A DNA stretch of 64,000 nucleotides, taken from Massalongia carnosa. Lineage: Eukaryota. Of this stretch, positions 25,795 through 38,876 are shown in pieces. Within the stretch, counting starts at the first letter, position 1. Each line of letters opens with the position of its first letter. A program made the position numbers and the translations under genes. The notes beneath the pieces are model-generated. The model saw nothing but the letters and a program-made list of their open reading frames with translations. It did not search any database and was not told where the DNA came from. The stretch is taken from positions 558,001 through 622,000 of the forward strand of contig OZ287081.1 of the NCBI GenBank assembly GCA_965645245.1. Reading direction: 5' to 3'.

Positions 25795-27262
25795 TCACAT
25801 AACCACGCACAACGAGCCGCCGCTCGTAGCCAAAGCAAGCCCTCCCATGCTAAGCTGCGCCAGCGAAGATGCAATTTGGTTATTTTGCTGGTAGTCTGGC
25901 TGCGGATAGATTGGTTGATAAAAAGGCTGTTGATAAGTCTGATGAGGTGGCTGAGTATAGTTGGGGGTTGGAGGTGATCTCAGAGCCAGGTTTTGTGCAT
26001 GCAAACCGGCCTGGAGATTGCTCAGCCGTTCCTCCTGCTTACGCATGATTTCAATGTAGGCCTGATCCATCTGGTTGATGGTCTCGGCTGTCTGCTGCAG
26101 AAGATTGTCGCGAAACTCTTTCGAGCCCTTTTGCATCACATCCTCAGCTTCACGGGTGACTTCGCGTAATCTGGAGACCTCGGCGGCGTGGGCTTTGCCT
26201 TGGTTCTCGGCTTCGACGCGGATGCGCTCCATTTCCTTGCGAGCTTTTTGGATCTGAACTTCTTTTTCTTTAAGAAGCTTTTCATTGTCAACCTGTAGCT
26301 TGAGCTGGTTTTCTGCAAGGCGTTCCATATCCTTCTGAATCTTATCTTGGGCGTCCAGGACGACCTGAGCATATTTCATGTCATTTTCTTGAAGAGCGTC
26401 CTTCATCTCCTCCTCTTGCTCCTTGAGCCTTTTCTCAAAAACTTCTTTTTGCTCGTTCATTTCCAAGTTGAGGGCTTTGCCCGCATCTGTCTGATCTAGC
26501 GCTTTGTTGCCATCAGCCATTTCTCTTTGGAGAGTCAGCACCACCTTTTTGTGTTTGTCAACAAGAAGACCTATTATTCCCAAGGCAGAAGTTTTATCAT
26601 TAGAGAATCGCCTCATTATGCTTCCATTTCGAAGCATGGAGCCCCAGAAATCATCCGTCGACACCATCTCCGCTTCTCTGGTTTTCCCGACCTCTTGGGG
26701 TGTCTTGTCCCACATAGTAGTGACTAATACTACCGAGTCTAGGTTCTCTAAGCCAGCCAGTTTTTGAAACATACGCAAATTAGTTCGGTGGGAGCCTTTC
26801 ATCCTGGTTTCACTGATGCTATGCAAGTACACCAAGCCGCTTAGTCTGATATCATGGCGATAAGCAAGCAGTAGCCAACCGGCAATATCCCTCAAAACGT
26901 CCGTATCCGACTTTCTCGTATCATCAAATCCAGGTGTGTCGATCAGATGAACGGTGGAGTCCCGATACTTAAAGGAGTAGCTTTCACATTTATCGGTACC
27001 TTTCAGATGAGCGAAGCATTCGGTAAGAGAAATAGTTTCTTACACGAAGAAAGAGTATCCCCAATGATGCCTGACAGGTCTTCACAGCATTTGGAAATAA
27101 AGGTTGATTTGCCAGAACCAGTCACTCCCATTACCGCTATGAATATATCATCTCTTCTAATTGACGGTTTGATCGTCAGTTTCCGTGAAATCAGGCTCAC
27201 TCTAGTTTACATTTATGGAAGAAAGTTGAAACCAACTCAAATTGTTTCAGTGGTAGATGCAT
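25795..27262 (-). CDS. AIG1/septin-like P-loop GTPase A with a long coiled coil and C-terminal CaaX (CVVM); introns 27157-27236 and 27000-27043
   Basis: Spliced motifs are IAVMGVTGSGKSTFI (G1), SCT (G2), LIDTPGFDDT (G3), LSGLVYLHSI and VTTMWD (G4). An E/K/Q-rich helical region and a Q/P/Y-rich stretch follow, ending SLCVVM*. Confidence 0.85.
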
Positions 27263-27737
27263 ACCGTCGACTCCAGAACGAGTCGTGGCAACAACAAGAG
27301 AACGAGAGGTGGAGCTCATCGTGGGTAGAATGGATCAAGCGGGCTGATCTCAAGGGACTGGTTGTTTAAATGTAGTCCTACCCGTGCAGAATATCAAAAT
27401 GATGTTACATGAGGCAGTGCTAAGACTCAAATACTGAACTCGGGAGAAAAAGTTTCCTCGTTGCAGAGTACGGAGTATAAGCTTTGAAGACAAGGCTCGC
27501 CCCCAAACATTTCCTTTCGGGACCGACCCAAGTGTGCATGGCGCTGCAGGGTTTATGCAACGTTATTGAAGGATAACCTTTGCACTAAACCTTTAGCATC
27601 CGCTTCGGGAGAACTCACCCGATCTTCAAATAACCGTAATTGCAACTAAGGGCGCGATCGAAACCAACATCAATTGCACAATCTTGCTCTTCTCTTCCAT
27701 ATTTGATCGTTGATGAGCCTTGCACAAGGACTGGTCA
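27263..27737. promoter_or_regulatory. Putative bidirectional promoter between GTPase A and GTPase B (475 bp)
   Basis: Inferred from the divergent ATGs at 27262 (-) and 27738 (+). No specific sites identified. Confidence 0.5.
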
Positions 27738-29597
27738 ATGGATGATAAGAGTTTAGTCACCACACCGTAAGTTATTGAGCCTGGATTCACTGAAAAATGT
27801 CCTGATGATGTTGGCAAAGTGTTCGTCACAGGCTCAAGGCGGACGAGGGGCCAGCCTCGGCTGGCTGCCATCAGGGGGCTGATGATATTGTCATCGCTTT
27901 CATGGGTACAACTGGGTCAGGGAAAAGCTCTTTCATTCAAGCCATCACTGGTCGAGATGATATTGTTGGTAATAGTCTTCAATCAGGTACTCTTTCTGCG
28001 GGAATGCTCCGAGGTCTTGGAGCGAATTCTCGTTAAGCTGAACCCAGCACAGCGACCGAAGTGGTCAAACCATACAGGACAGTCATCGACTCAACAAACT
28101 TCGTTCTTGTTGATACTCCGGGCTTCAATGATACGCGAAGAAACGATGGTGACATCCTCAAGGAAATCGCAGACTGGCTCAATGCTACCTATCGAGAAGG
28201 ATTTAAGCTGACTGGAGTCGTCTACCTACAACCAATTAATGTAACACGCATGGAAGGTACAGATCTTCTTAACTTCCGCGTTTTTCGGAAACTGTGCGGA
28301 AAAGATACCTACAAGCACATTGTCCTTGCTAGCACTTTCTGGGATCTTGTTGATGAGGTAACTGGAGCCCGCCGGGAGAAAGAGCTCTGCGATACCCCCG
28401 AATTTTGGGGTAAGATGATTGACCAAGGATCTCGAGTGACGCGAATCCAGGATTATGCCGACTCTAAGGAAATCCTATTGTGGCTGGCCGGAAAATCTAC
28501 TGTTACGCTAGGTATACAAAAAGAAATGGTGGACCAAAAGATGCTACTATCTGATACTGCGACTGGTAAAACTATCAGCCAAAAGATGGTTTTGCTTAAA
28601 GCTGAGCATGACGCGAAGATTATCAAAGCAAAACGGGAAGCAGCTGAGCTTGTGAAACAACGAGACGAAGAGAATCACAGGAAAGCAAAAGAGTACCTTG
28701 ATCGGCACAATTCAGTAAGCGATCTAGCCAAGGCGCTTGCGGACAAGCAGAGGCTTCAACAAGAGCGGATCCTCATAGCTCGCTTAAAAGATGCTGAGAA
28801 GGAAGCTGGGATAAAGAATCAGAAAGAGATTCAACAATTGCGCCTTACTCAAGAGGAAAACAAGCGGCTTGTAGCAGAAAAAAACCGTCTCGCTCGCGAA
28901 CTGGAAGTCAGAACAAAGGAGAGAAATGCCGAAGAGGAAATGACCCGAGCATTCCTATATAGAAGCTACAGGGCCGAGTTTAACAGCCAATTTCGGGTGT
29001 TAGAACAAGCTCGATCTCAAAACATTATCCGAGCTCATGCCTATGGTTTTCATCAACAGTCGTCACTATTTTCGAGATGGTGTGACAAATGTTTCAAGTT
29101 GATAAGCTTCGAAGGGTTTTATCGTACGTGATGAGCTGCGACAATGCGTCCCATATTTCTCTGGTTGAGTTAGAAAATCGGCATGCATGCTGACCTGAAT
29201 ATAGACTGTGAAACCCTTCAATTATATATCTGTCGTACATGCTGGACAGAAGCTCGACGCTGTTGCAGTCCAGAAATACAACACACACCTACTTACCGGG
29301 AGATTAATCGCCCACCGTTTTGCTGCCGTCGATTAATTGCCACTCCCCACATATTGAGATGTGGTCGATGCACAGGCTTCTGTCATGGGCTCTATTTCCG
29401 TACGTTTTGTTATGGTTTTTGTAACATTCAAAGGGAAGAAGGAAGGTTAATCCAGAGCTGATCGAGTTTCCATTGCAGATTGCTGTGGCTGTAACAACGA
29501 TGCCTTCGACATTTGCCTCCAGTGCGTTACGGCAGGTCATACATGTCAAAGCCCGACACACTGGCTTCATCCCATGGTAAATTGGCCTACAGTATGA
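27738..29597 (+). CDS. AIG1/septin-like P-loop GTPase B with coiled coil and C-terminal ZZ-like zinc fingers; introns 27767-27831, 27987-28052, about 29124-29204 and about 29400-29478
   Basis: Motifs IAFMGTTGSGKSSFI, LVDTPGFNDT, LTGVVYLQPI and STFWD. After the coiled coil come WCDKC..FYHCE..YICRTC and LRCGRC..YFHCCGC..FDICLQC..GHTC. Stop TGA at 29595-97. Confidence 0.8.
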
Positions 29598-30438
29598 GAG
29601 ACTATGCCAGTCTTCTGGAAATCAGTATTTATCAACAGTCAACGATAATGAATATAGAACGGGGAAGCTGTCGTGAAGTTAACGGTTTAAGCTAATGCTT
29701 TTTCCGGTCCCCGGGAGAGCTGCATTCGAAAACCATCTCATGATTTAACAAGAATCTCTCGCTTTTGCAGAGACAAACCTTGCGATGAGTCTCTCAAGCT
29801 TCTAGCCTAGCGCTGGGTCGCGAACTGATCCCTTCAAATAATGCTTTGAAGAGATGGGAGCAGGCACAAGGCTTTGGGCCTCGGTACGAACCCTTATGCC
29901 AATATTCTTCCAAAAAATAAGACATAGCTTCGATTGGCCAAAAGGCTAGCGGAGAGGTTTTGGTAGGCGTAGACTTGGAAATAGGTTCTTCTCTTTACCA
30001 ATACTACTACTTGTGGATTGTTTTTGATTTAACCAAATGTTGAAGGTGATTACCATTAGATTCAAGAACAGTTAATAGATGATGGATGATTTAGTTCTGC
30101 GAGTGCCTATTAGCATCACATTGCTCAGCGATAACTTAATATCTTGTTTTGTGATCGTCTTCAAGAATCGTCATTGACATTCCGCAGTATTCCTCTTCTA
30201 CATGGTGCCTGCCGACTCAATTTAAACTGCTTTTTTTTTCATCGAATAAGACCTTTAAGAAAAAGCCACGATTAGAAGGCGTTTGGGCAACCTCGCAAAG
30301 TGGGGTGGAAAAAGCTTAACTAAGCCTTTTCCACATCAGTATCTCTCAACCACCTGAAGAACGCTCTTCCTCAACCCTATTTTGCATGACAATAATATCA
30401 TTTACCATTATACAAAATTTCTTCGTTCAAGCATCGTA

Positions 30439-31150
30439 ATGAAGTACTCAGATGGACGGCGGATGGATAGATTCCTCCGGAAAAACTCAACATCTACGGC
30501 TAGCACGCGCCCATACCTACCATCGGAAGAGCCTCATGAATCATCATGGCGGACTCTTGAGCTCATCACCCGACCAGCGGGAAGATCGCATCGCATGATT
30601 AACAGGCTGCGAAGGGGTAGATCCTCCAACCAAGAAATTCCGGCAATGCACAAATTGGATCCGATCGCTCACTGGGCCATTAAAGATGGTGATGATTACC
30701 ACGAACTTCTTCGAAGCCCGGACGGGAAATCGCAATACAGCTGCAGGAAATGGTCTCGCGTGGAGCAGGATGAAATCCAGAGTCGGAGTACCTTTACACT
30801 CACAGATCGTCCCAAAGGCGACCTTGCTCGAGTCGGTAAGTCGAGCCATACACCAGCACTCAACAGCTACGATAAAGATTGGTTATCATTTTTAAAACGC
30901 ATTTTATCTAAATGTGTTTATAGGGCGAAAGGTTGTGGATGAAATGAATGCCGATGGCTCTTATCACGCATCGAATAATAATTGTCAAGACTGGGTCGAG
31001 AAGGTCCACAGTCAGTATTCATCGCCACAACTGAACTTTATCCAGGATAGACTTAACACGAGGGGCGCATTTGATCGCGCTACCGGTGGTAGTAGGTTGG
31101 GGAACTTGCTGCTGTCAAAGACTGCAGCCTTGACACACACATCATCTTGA
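30439..31150 (+). CDS. Permuted papain-fold (PPPDE/LRAT-like) protein; intron 30836-30923
   Basis: AHWAIK..YHEL precedes YHASNNNCQDWV (His-before-Cys dyad, NC motif). A GT..AG intron joins the two ORFs in frame. Confidence 0.6.
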
Positions 31151-31560
31151 AAGCACAGTTTCTAGTATATTTTGATGTGTTGAGCCGCCCTGTAGCAAGA
31201 GTGGATTATATAGCGATAACACGAAGTACAATATAATTCAAGCTGACTTTTGCCCCTACATGTGAGTGTGATCATGCTTGAATATACTATTGCCAGATAA
31301 ATGCTTTTATGAGATTGTTGATCTGCCTTGAGAGCTGCAAAGCCTTGTGAAGCGACGATCAAGCATTAGATCCGAAACTCGCGATGAGGCTGAAAACTTA
31401 CATCAAAGCCCCTCCCGGGCAAAGGATTGTCATTTTATTCAGAGAAGATGATATCTCAGCAAATAAACCTGGCGATTTTTTGTCTACAATTGACGAGGGA
31501 AGCTAAAAAAAACAACCGAAAAGCATAGCATCATAGCGGCATAGCTCAGAAAGTTTGCGG

Positions 31561-32400
31561 ATGAGTCGTCATGGCTTGGCTTCATCAAAGAGCGCCTATC
31601 CATTCAGGGTTTCCCATCACGTAAAGTCTCTTGCTTCCGTTTGTTCAGATCCCTATCCTGAGGAAAAAGCACTTAGTATCTTGGCTAGGATAGCCATAAT
31701 TCTTGCCACATTCCCATACTTCCAATGTTTCGAGCGCAACACACAGCGGCTCGCCAGCGAGACCCAAGAAGCTCGGATTATCGCCCACCTCGATGCATGG
31801 CGAAGGTTTAAGATTCAAGAGGCTCATTATGTACAGGTTGTCGTACGTTGCCCCTCCCTCCCAACCTACATTACACGTATTCGTCTGAGATTGGGAATGC
31901 TTCGAGCGTGTCTAGTCTGCGGTAATCTTTACATCCGGGATTAGCTGCTTCTCATGGACGAATCTCGAGGGCCGGCATTGGGTAACTCCTGCACTGTGGT
32001 ATGCGTGCATCATCCTCACCCTCACCGCTATAACCATGGTGCTCGAGACCGCTAATATGGATGACTGGCGATCCATTCGCGACCGTCTGTGCCTGCTGAT
32101 TCCCCACGGCCCAATTGGATGATGCTATATTTCTGGCAGTGTCCGATGATGTTTCTAAGCTGGGCACTCCTCTGCTTCGTGGCTGCTCTCGTGGCTCATA
32201 TTGTCAGTCCTGTTATTGTGGCTCGAGCATGAGATAATGAACCGAAGGTAAGAGAAACACTCTGGATAAGATGATCTTGTGCTCAACGTCGGAATAGATG
32301 GCAGTTGTGTTTTTGCTTGCAGTGGGGTATTGCCTTTTGAACTTCATCTGGTGTTCGAGCAGAATTCATGAATCGATAAGGGAAGGTAGTAAGTGAGTTC
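31561..32400 (+). other. Hypothetical intron-containing membrane protein gene, possibly disrupted
   Basis: ORF 31555-31944 is protein-like up to a probable GTACGT donor. Downstream hydrophobic segments and further GT-AG signals are present. The exon structure was not resolved. Confidence 0.3.
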
Positions 32401-32712
32401 GTAGTTTGATAATTTAGGAGATGTTATCCTACATCATAGTGAAACACGAAAAGCTCAAATAAGAACTGTTAGAAGGTGCACCAGGACGTGTCCTTTACCT
32501 ACCGAGTACTCTAGACGGGTACTCTGTATAGAGTATGTACATGGTACGTACACCGCTGGGGCTTGAGGGTGGTGGGAAAGTAACCGTGGACTACTAATTA
32601 GGTATATATCGATCAATCGGCGAATGGCCCCTCTCTGGTTTCAATAATGTGTAGTTACATATCTAAGGGTTGCTAGGTACTCGTACTATATTTCCCCGGT
32701 CAAATCTCAAAC

Positions 32713-32768
32713 CTCACTACCTCACTACCTCACTACCTCACCACCTCACCACCTCACCACTCACCACC
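32713..32768. repeat. (CTCACTAC/CTCACCAC)n short tandem repeat
   Basis: Visible 8-bp tandem units. Confidence 0.75.
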
Positions 32769-33559
32769 TTCATCTCAAAAACTTCAACAGCCAAGTCCCA
32801 TCCCTCCATCTACCCCACCAGTTCCCTTTCTCTTCTTCGTGGCCCGTTCCCTAATTTTTAAGTTCCCAGAAACCGCTCTCCGAGTCGCTCACTCTCAAAC
32901 GAGTCCTGAACCCTGTAAACAGGGGAGGGTCAAACTAGTAGGTTAGGTCCTCAGATCCAATTTCTTTATTCGTTTTCTTCGGCCTGGCGACGGCTTAGCT
33001 ATTTGGCACCTACCTACCTAAGAGGCCCTCATTAGCACCCCTCCGCAGTGGGAGCCGCAGAGGGGTTGAGGGGTAATAGCGGCGAGGTGAGTGCGGAGAT
33101 GGCAGGGGATGTCGCAGGCTGGGATTTCTTTTCTCCCATGAGGTCTCGGGAGTGGTAGCTTTTGACGGTGGGGTTTTTGGTTGTGCGCGTGTGTCTAGAA
33201 GAGGTTACGGAGGAAAGAGGGATGGAGTGGTGAGTGCTGTAGGATTTTCTCCATTGTTATTTCTAGATTTATTGTTCGCAGCACCTAGGCCATAGATAAG
33301 TTAGTGCGGGTGTGCTAGAAAAACTCGTTTTTCTCTTTCTCTCAAGACAGGATTCCCGAGGTGAAGAGAACCAATCTTTCCGGCCGTAGTTTGTAAGTGA
33401 GTGCCATGGTCTTCCTCGCTTCTCCACACTGCTCTCAATTGATTGTAAGAGGACTCGTTCCGCTCTCATTGGCCTTGACAATTGCGGGTCCAATCCGAAT
33501 GGTCCGCGGCCTTCCATCAAACAAGTGTAAACATCTCAGGGCCGACATCGCGACCAGGG

Positions 33560-34239
33560 AGCAGTAATCACACCGGAAAAGAACCAGGTCTTCGAGTCAT
33601 CGGACTCAGGCACAGTAGCCTTTTGAAAAATCCAGGTTCGCCGCCACCATTTCTTTCTCATGATGGTGAGAATACCATCCCAATCTTGCCGGCATTCGGA
33701 GCCAGGGACGTCAAAAACATCTTTATTATCGCCAGAGATGGTTGTATTGGCCGCTAACGAGTCGCCATTTGAGCGTTGTGAAGGATTCCGTTCAGCTCCC
33801 GCATTTTCGCTATTGCCAGCTCATTCTCCTCGTCATTCTCGAGCCAGACGCCAACGCTCGCCGCCCCTTCATAGATTGCTTTCATCAGCCGCACTTGAGA
33901 ATTTTGTTCAGGAATGTCTTGCTGATTAATGCATATTGCGTCTACCCATAGGAAGCGGTCAATCTTCTTTAGGCGACCTCCGATTTGCATCAGAGCATCA
34001 TGCAGATTTGTGGTAACCGGAAGAACTTGAGAGTCTATGTGAAGCGATTCTGGATAGATTTCGTCATTCCATGTATAGGATAAGGCTGAATAGGGGGGAG
34101 CCTTGTCCAATTTTACGTTATGAAGCTCACATGTCAAACTCTCTATGTTCTGGATTTTAAGAGACGAAATTCACCAGCAAGTAGTGGTTGGTCCACGAGC
34201 CTCTCCATTTCGATCGTACTATATAGACATCGAAACCAT
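33560..34239 (-). pseudogene. HET (heterokaryon incompatibility) domain gene, truncated and frameshifted
   Basis: Motifs PYSALSYTW, VTTNLHDAL and LWVDAICINQQDIPEQNSQVRLMKAIYEGAASVGVWL. Stop at 33754. The WWRRTWIFQ motif is in another frame at about 33620-33650, and no full C-terminal half is seen. Confidence 0.85.
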
Positions 34240-37200
34240 GGACAGATTCACTGGTAAAGATTAGTTAGGCCTGCATCGTGGTCGCTTTTTTTCATCTTCC
34301 TCTTGGTTTTATGATCAATCTCCACAGATCCAAGGCTTACTACAAAGTTTCCTCGAGGCTCAAATCCCAGCCTATATATGCTGTGAACAGACAAAGGTCC
34401 GGCGTGTCAACTTGGAGGCACCTCTTCATTTGCGTTTACTCTGTAGATTCTCAAGATATTGCAATGTATTGCTGCTGAAGCTGCAGGTAGCTATATATTT
34501 TTCATTGTCAAAAACGTTGAAGATAGCAGACAGCCATGTAAAAAAGATCCTTATGATATCAGACGTCGTATCTTATTTGAATTTGTTGATTCATACTGTC
34601 TTGGCGTTATGTATTTGCTTTTGCCACTATACCGAGGTTAATTGTCTTACCCGATATGACTTCACCTTACAATGGGAATCTATAATTCCGCTATTATCGC
34701 ACGACAAGGTCCCTGCGACGAATCGCGATGGAAGTTTCTCGAAGACTCCATGACAGCGATATTCGGTGTATATATTTGGGCAAATAATCCCACCTTCTTT
34801 CTTTCTTATACAGTTTAGTTAGTTCAGTTCAATTTAGTTTTTTCATTGATTCAGTGCAGCTCCCTCAGCCCCTTTTATTTCAACAGAATTACTCCCGATA
34901 CATGGGAATAGTAAGTAAAGATAGTGCGGGGTTTCCAGATTATATCGATGATGAATCAGTTAATCAATGATCAACTAGAGTAGTCCAGTTACTCTATACT
35001 CCGTGCTTTATACTCCGTGCTCTGTACTTGGTTATTCATACAAGGTACTGTTGGAATACTCGCTTAGCCCCATTAGATCTAGCTCAGCCCTGCAGGCTGC
35101 CATGACTGCTATAAGCAGTCATCTCCGTAGTAATTTCAACATTATGCCGTCAACTGTTTATTTAACAGGTACCTTGTACAAGCCCTCTAACGAGAAACAT
35201 AAAATACGCATGCGACTCCTGAAACCGAGTTGTAATCACGTAAGGGACCTTCTAGCACTGTTAGTGACTCCAGTAGCTTGAGGAGATATCAGAATTGATT
35301 TTCTACCCATCGCGGCCGGCCGTCCGGACTAATTGAAAGCGAAGATTCTTGCACTCATAAAGCAGCCTGTGTCTCTATCCTCGTTAGCAGCACGTATGTG
35401 GAGGGAAGTTTGTGAAGATTTAGATCTATTGCACCTTTCATGTGCTCGGGTACATTCCTCCATCAATCGTATCCTTCAACCGAAAGATGACGAAGCCCCC
35501 TTTCCAGCTTCCCATAACGCAGATTTCAACAACTCTTTTTGCCAGTCTGAAAAGGGTGTCCAATTTAAGGGCTCGGTTTATGAATGGAGGATGCTCTCTG
35601 CGCGTCATTGAAGGCGTACTTTCGATGGTGATTAGGCAGGGTGGATTGCGCACCGGTAGCCGATAAGCAGTAAACATCGCTGCCAGAAATGGTGTTTTTC
35701 TATCTTTTGGCGTGTTACTCACCGTCTGAATAGCAGAGTGGCAAATAAATGAGGGAGGTTAGAGTCTCTCTCTGGAACCCACTGATAGCGCAAATTTGCG
35801 ATCAGCATGGGGTGCCTACCCAGGGGCATTGCAGCCAAGGCAGCGAGATAAGTGGCTACCTCCAGACGTTGCCCGTACATTTCATGACAATTCAAAATTT
35901 CTGGTCGCCTTGGGCTTGTACAAGTTGCAGTAAATGCATGGCCAAAATGAAGCCAAACGAATTACCTCTTTTCAGATTCATGGCTTTTTGGCTTTTTGTA
36001 GCATCAATATTTCAACGAACTTACTTTGCTTGCTAACATGAAGCATTTGGGTTCTTCGCAACCCATGCTGCATTTATGATGAACAATTCCTCACGAAGGA
36101 TCGAGACTCAGATCGGTCAAGAAAAACCTTCCACCACTGGGCGATCTAGATGTTTCAAATCTGGCCGCTATTCTTGCGCGCCTAGCAACGAAAACTCACG
36201 ATTGATTGGATATATATCCGTGCGAAATAGCGCTTCCAAGCATCTTTGAACAGAAACTTTTCTATGATTCTATCAAAGATTCAAGGTCTGTTTCTTCACT
36301 TCTCAGCCGGTTTCTCTTCCTTTTTCTCATGAAGGATGTTTCTGATACTATTTCTGAGAAAATGTCATTCCCAGCTATCTTCGCCTACGTTCTGTCTTCT
36401 CAAGTTTTCCTACACGTTACAATGACAGGATACTAGAAGATGTACAGAGCAGGCTAGAACAAATCTATTCCCCCTTTACTTCCTAGAACGTTTTGATATT
36501 AGCTCTGCTATAGTAAAGAAGGAACACTTCTATGCTGTTATTTTTTTTAAAACTTTTCGGTCATTTTATTATCTCATAATAGCGAATATGGTGAAAAAAC
36601 TACTAAACACTATCAAAGATTACACTACTCTAGAATTGAATGCTCTAGCGGTTATCAGTTTCCCTGCCCTCCCCATTCCTAACTATCAAGGCTGCCACGT
36701 GATTATTTACCCAACAGAAACTGCTTCCCCTGATACTGATTTCCCCAAAGGGCTTATGCAGGGTGCAAGTTGCATTACTTTTTGTCTTTGCTAAACACTC
36801 ACCCCGTTGTTGAACATCATCAATCATCTCCCCAACTATTCTCCCTTTTCTCTAGATGTCAATACTGCTTAACTTTTAATTCCAAGTTATACAATTCTAG
36901 CCAAAGCATCCCTCTGCTCACTTTACCTTAGATTTATACGTTTCAAGTTCAGTGGTAGCTGTATGAGACTATCTAAGCAAGTGGGAATCTTAGAAGAAGG
37001 AGAGGTTTAGGGGGCGGGGGGAGGGGAGAGGGAGTGGGAGAGAGAGAACTGAATGAAAGAGGAAAAAGTTATGTATTTGGTTTATAAATCCTTTTGAGTA
37101 AATAGATAGTATTTTCTTTCTTTCTTTCTTTCCGCTGGTTTCCTCCCACCTTTTTGTCCCCGTTCTTCTTAGTTGTTCTCTTTGTCTTTCCCCACCGCAC

Positions 37201-38151
37201 CGGTCTCCCATCACGCTCCAGCGCTAAGTTCTGGAATCGCAGAATCTCGGAGACGGGTGTGGGTTTGTTGGTGAAAAGGGCGAGGGGAGGAGGGGTTCTG
37301 GAAGAGTAGGTAGATTGGTAGGTGGGGAAGGAAGAGCTCAGAGAAAGTGAAGGAGAGTCGGGATAGCGATAAGATACATATGAGGTATCAGGGTAGCGAG
37401 AAGAGGGAAGTGAGTACGGTGGGATCGGTGGTGGTTTTTTCGGATAGGCAGGGAGGAATTTGGCTAGGTCCGTTTCTGTCACCGTCAACAGGCCGTGTTG
37501 AGCTGGAATCCGGACGGAGAGCAGGGCGAAGAATGAGAGAGAGGGAAATGGAGTGCGGCCGGGTGGGATTTCCGAGTTTGGATGGGATCTGGGGTGGGGT
37601 CGATTGGAAGGGAATGTGATAAATTGATGGCCGGTGTGCAGAGTATGTCGAGTACAAGACCGTTATTGATTGAGAAGCCCAATTACCACCGGCACGTAAA
37701 GTGTTCATCGTTCTTTGGCAAAGGTAAACTAGTCTTTTTTCATTGGCCTTGCAAAGAAAAAAAGGCAAATCATATCTTCTTCTTGACTTCATAACTTCTC
37801 CTGTTCCTCCTGTAAAGAGGAGATCCAACGAATAGCCAAGACAACCCCTTGCAAACCCAGCGCCTATGCTATGCAAGAAGAGTAAAAAACAACAATCATT
37901 GTCAAGCGGACCAAAAACAAACCCACCATCAATCAATCCCAAATCTGAGTGAATTCCATGAAAACGCCTAGTCGCTCGATGAATGCGGAATTTCTGAGAT
38001 GACGTGTTTGCCTAGATTAGCATACATCCCCTGGAGGATGTTAAAAGCAAAAAGTGATGGCCCATGCTAGGACCTTTCCAGCCTCATTATCCATTCCATT
38101 GCTGAAACCATGATTTCTCAATTTCCACTTTCGCCCCGCTTCTTGTGCATT

Positions 38152-38876
38152 TCATGGCAATTTAAATCTTGTTTCCCTCAAAACTCTTTTAACATCCCTT
38201 CTCCGCCTCGAGCTCATCGCATCTGTCCAGCCACTCCTCCACTCGACCAGTCCCACTCCCCTCTTCACCATCGGATTCCCCTCCTCTGTCGCCACCGTCA
38301 TCGGCATCGTCTTCGAAACATACGAGACACCATACTTTCCCCTCCACACCAACTTCCACGCAACATTTCCCACATATCGATTTTCCCTTGACAGCAAACT
38401 CCATGCCAGCGGTATCTTGACGCCCATAGCCGCACTCTTTGCCTGGAAAAGAATCCCAGCTTTGTTGCTGCCGCTGCTGAGGGTAATGATAGTCGTACTC
38501 GTTCTCTGCCCCTCTTGCCGTAGTCATCGTAATATTCGTCGAAGCACTAGATCGACAACCCGCCCCCTCACACACCCGCATGCAGATAAAGCATGTCCGC
38601 CGTTCACACGATTCGCAACTCGAGTAGCTTGGAAGATCGGCGTGGGCGGTGGGTCGCCGGTGGCAGATATGGCACGGAGCAAGGTTAGGAGGCTGCGAGG
38701 TTGAATTTGTAGACGAAATGGTCGGGGTACTGGGTGGCCGGAAACGAGGTTTGGGGGCGAGGGGGAGACGACGACGTTTCGACGTTAACGACGTAGTTCC
38801 TGAGAGGAGGGATGGCTGATGGTAGTTGGACAGAGGGTCGGTAGGGCTCAGGAGAGTTGGTGAAAGTATAGGCCAA
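38152..38876 (-). pseudogene. Hypothetical gene remnant
   Basis: Protein-like reading from YTFTNSPEPY to RFKLP is interrupted by stops. No family recognised. Confidence 0.25.

Noticed and set aside
36990..37942. Overlapping minus-strand ORFs rich in P/S
   Set aside because: They derive from purine/pyrimidine-skewed low-complexity sequence and give no coherent gene model.
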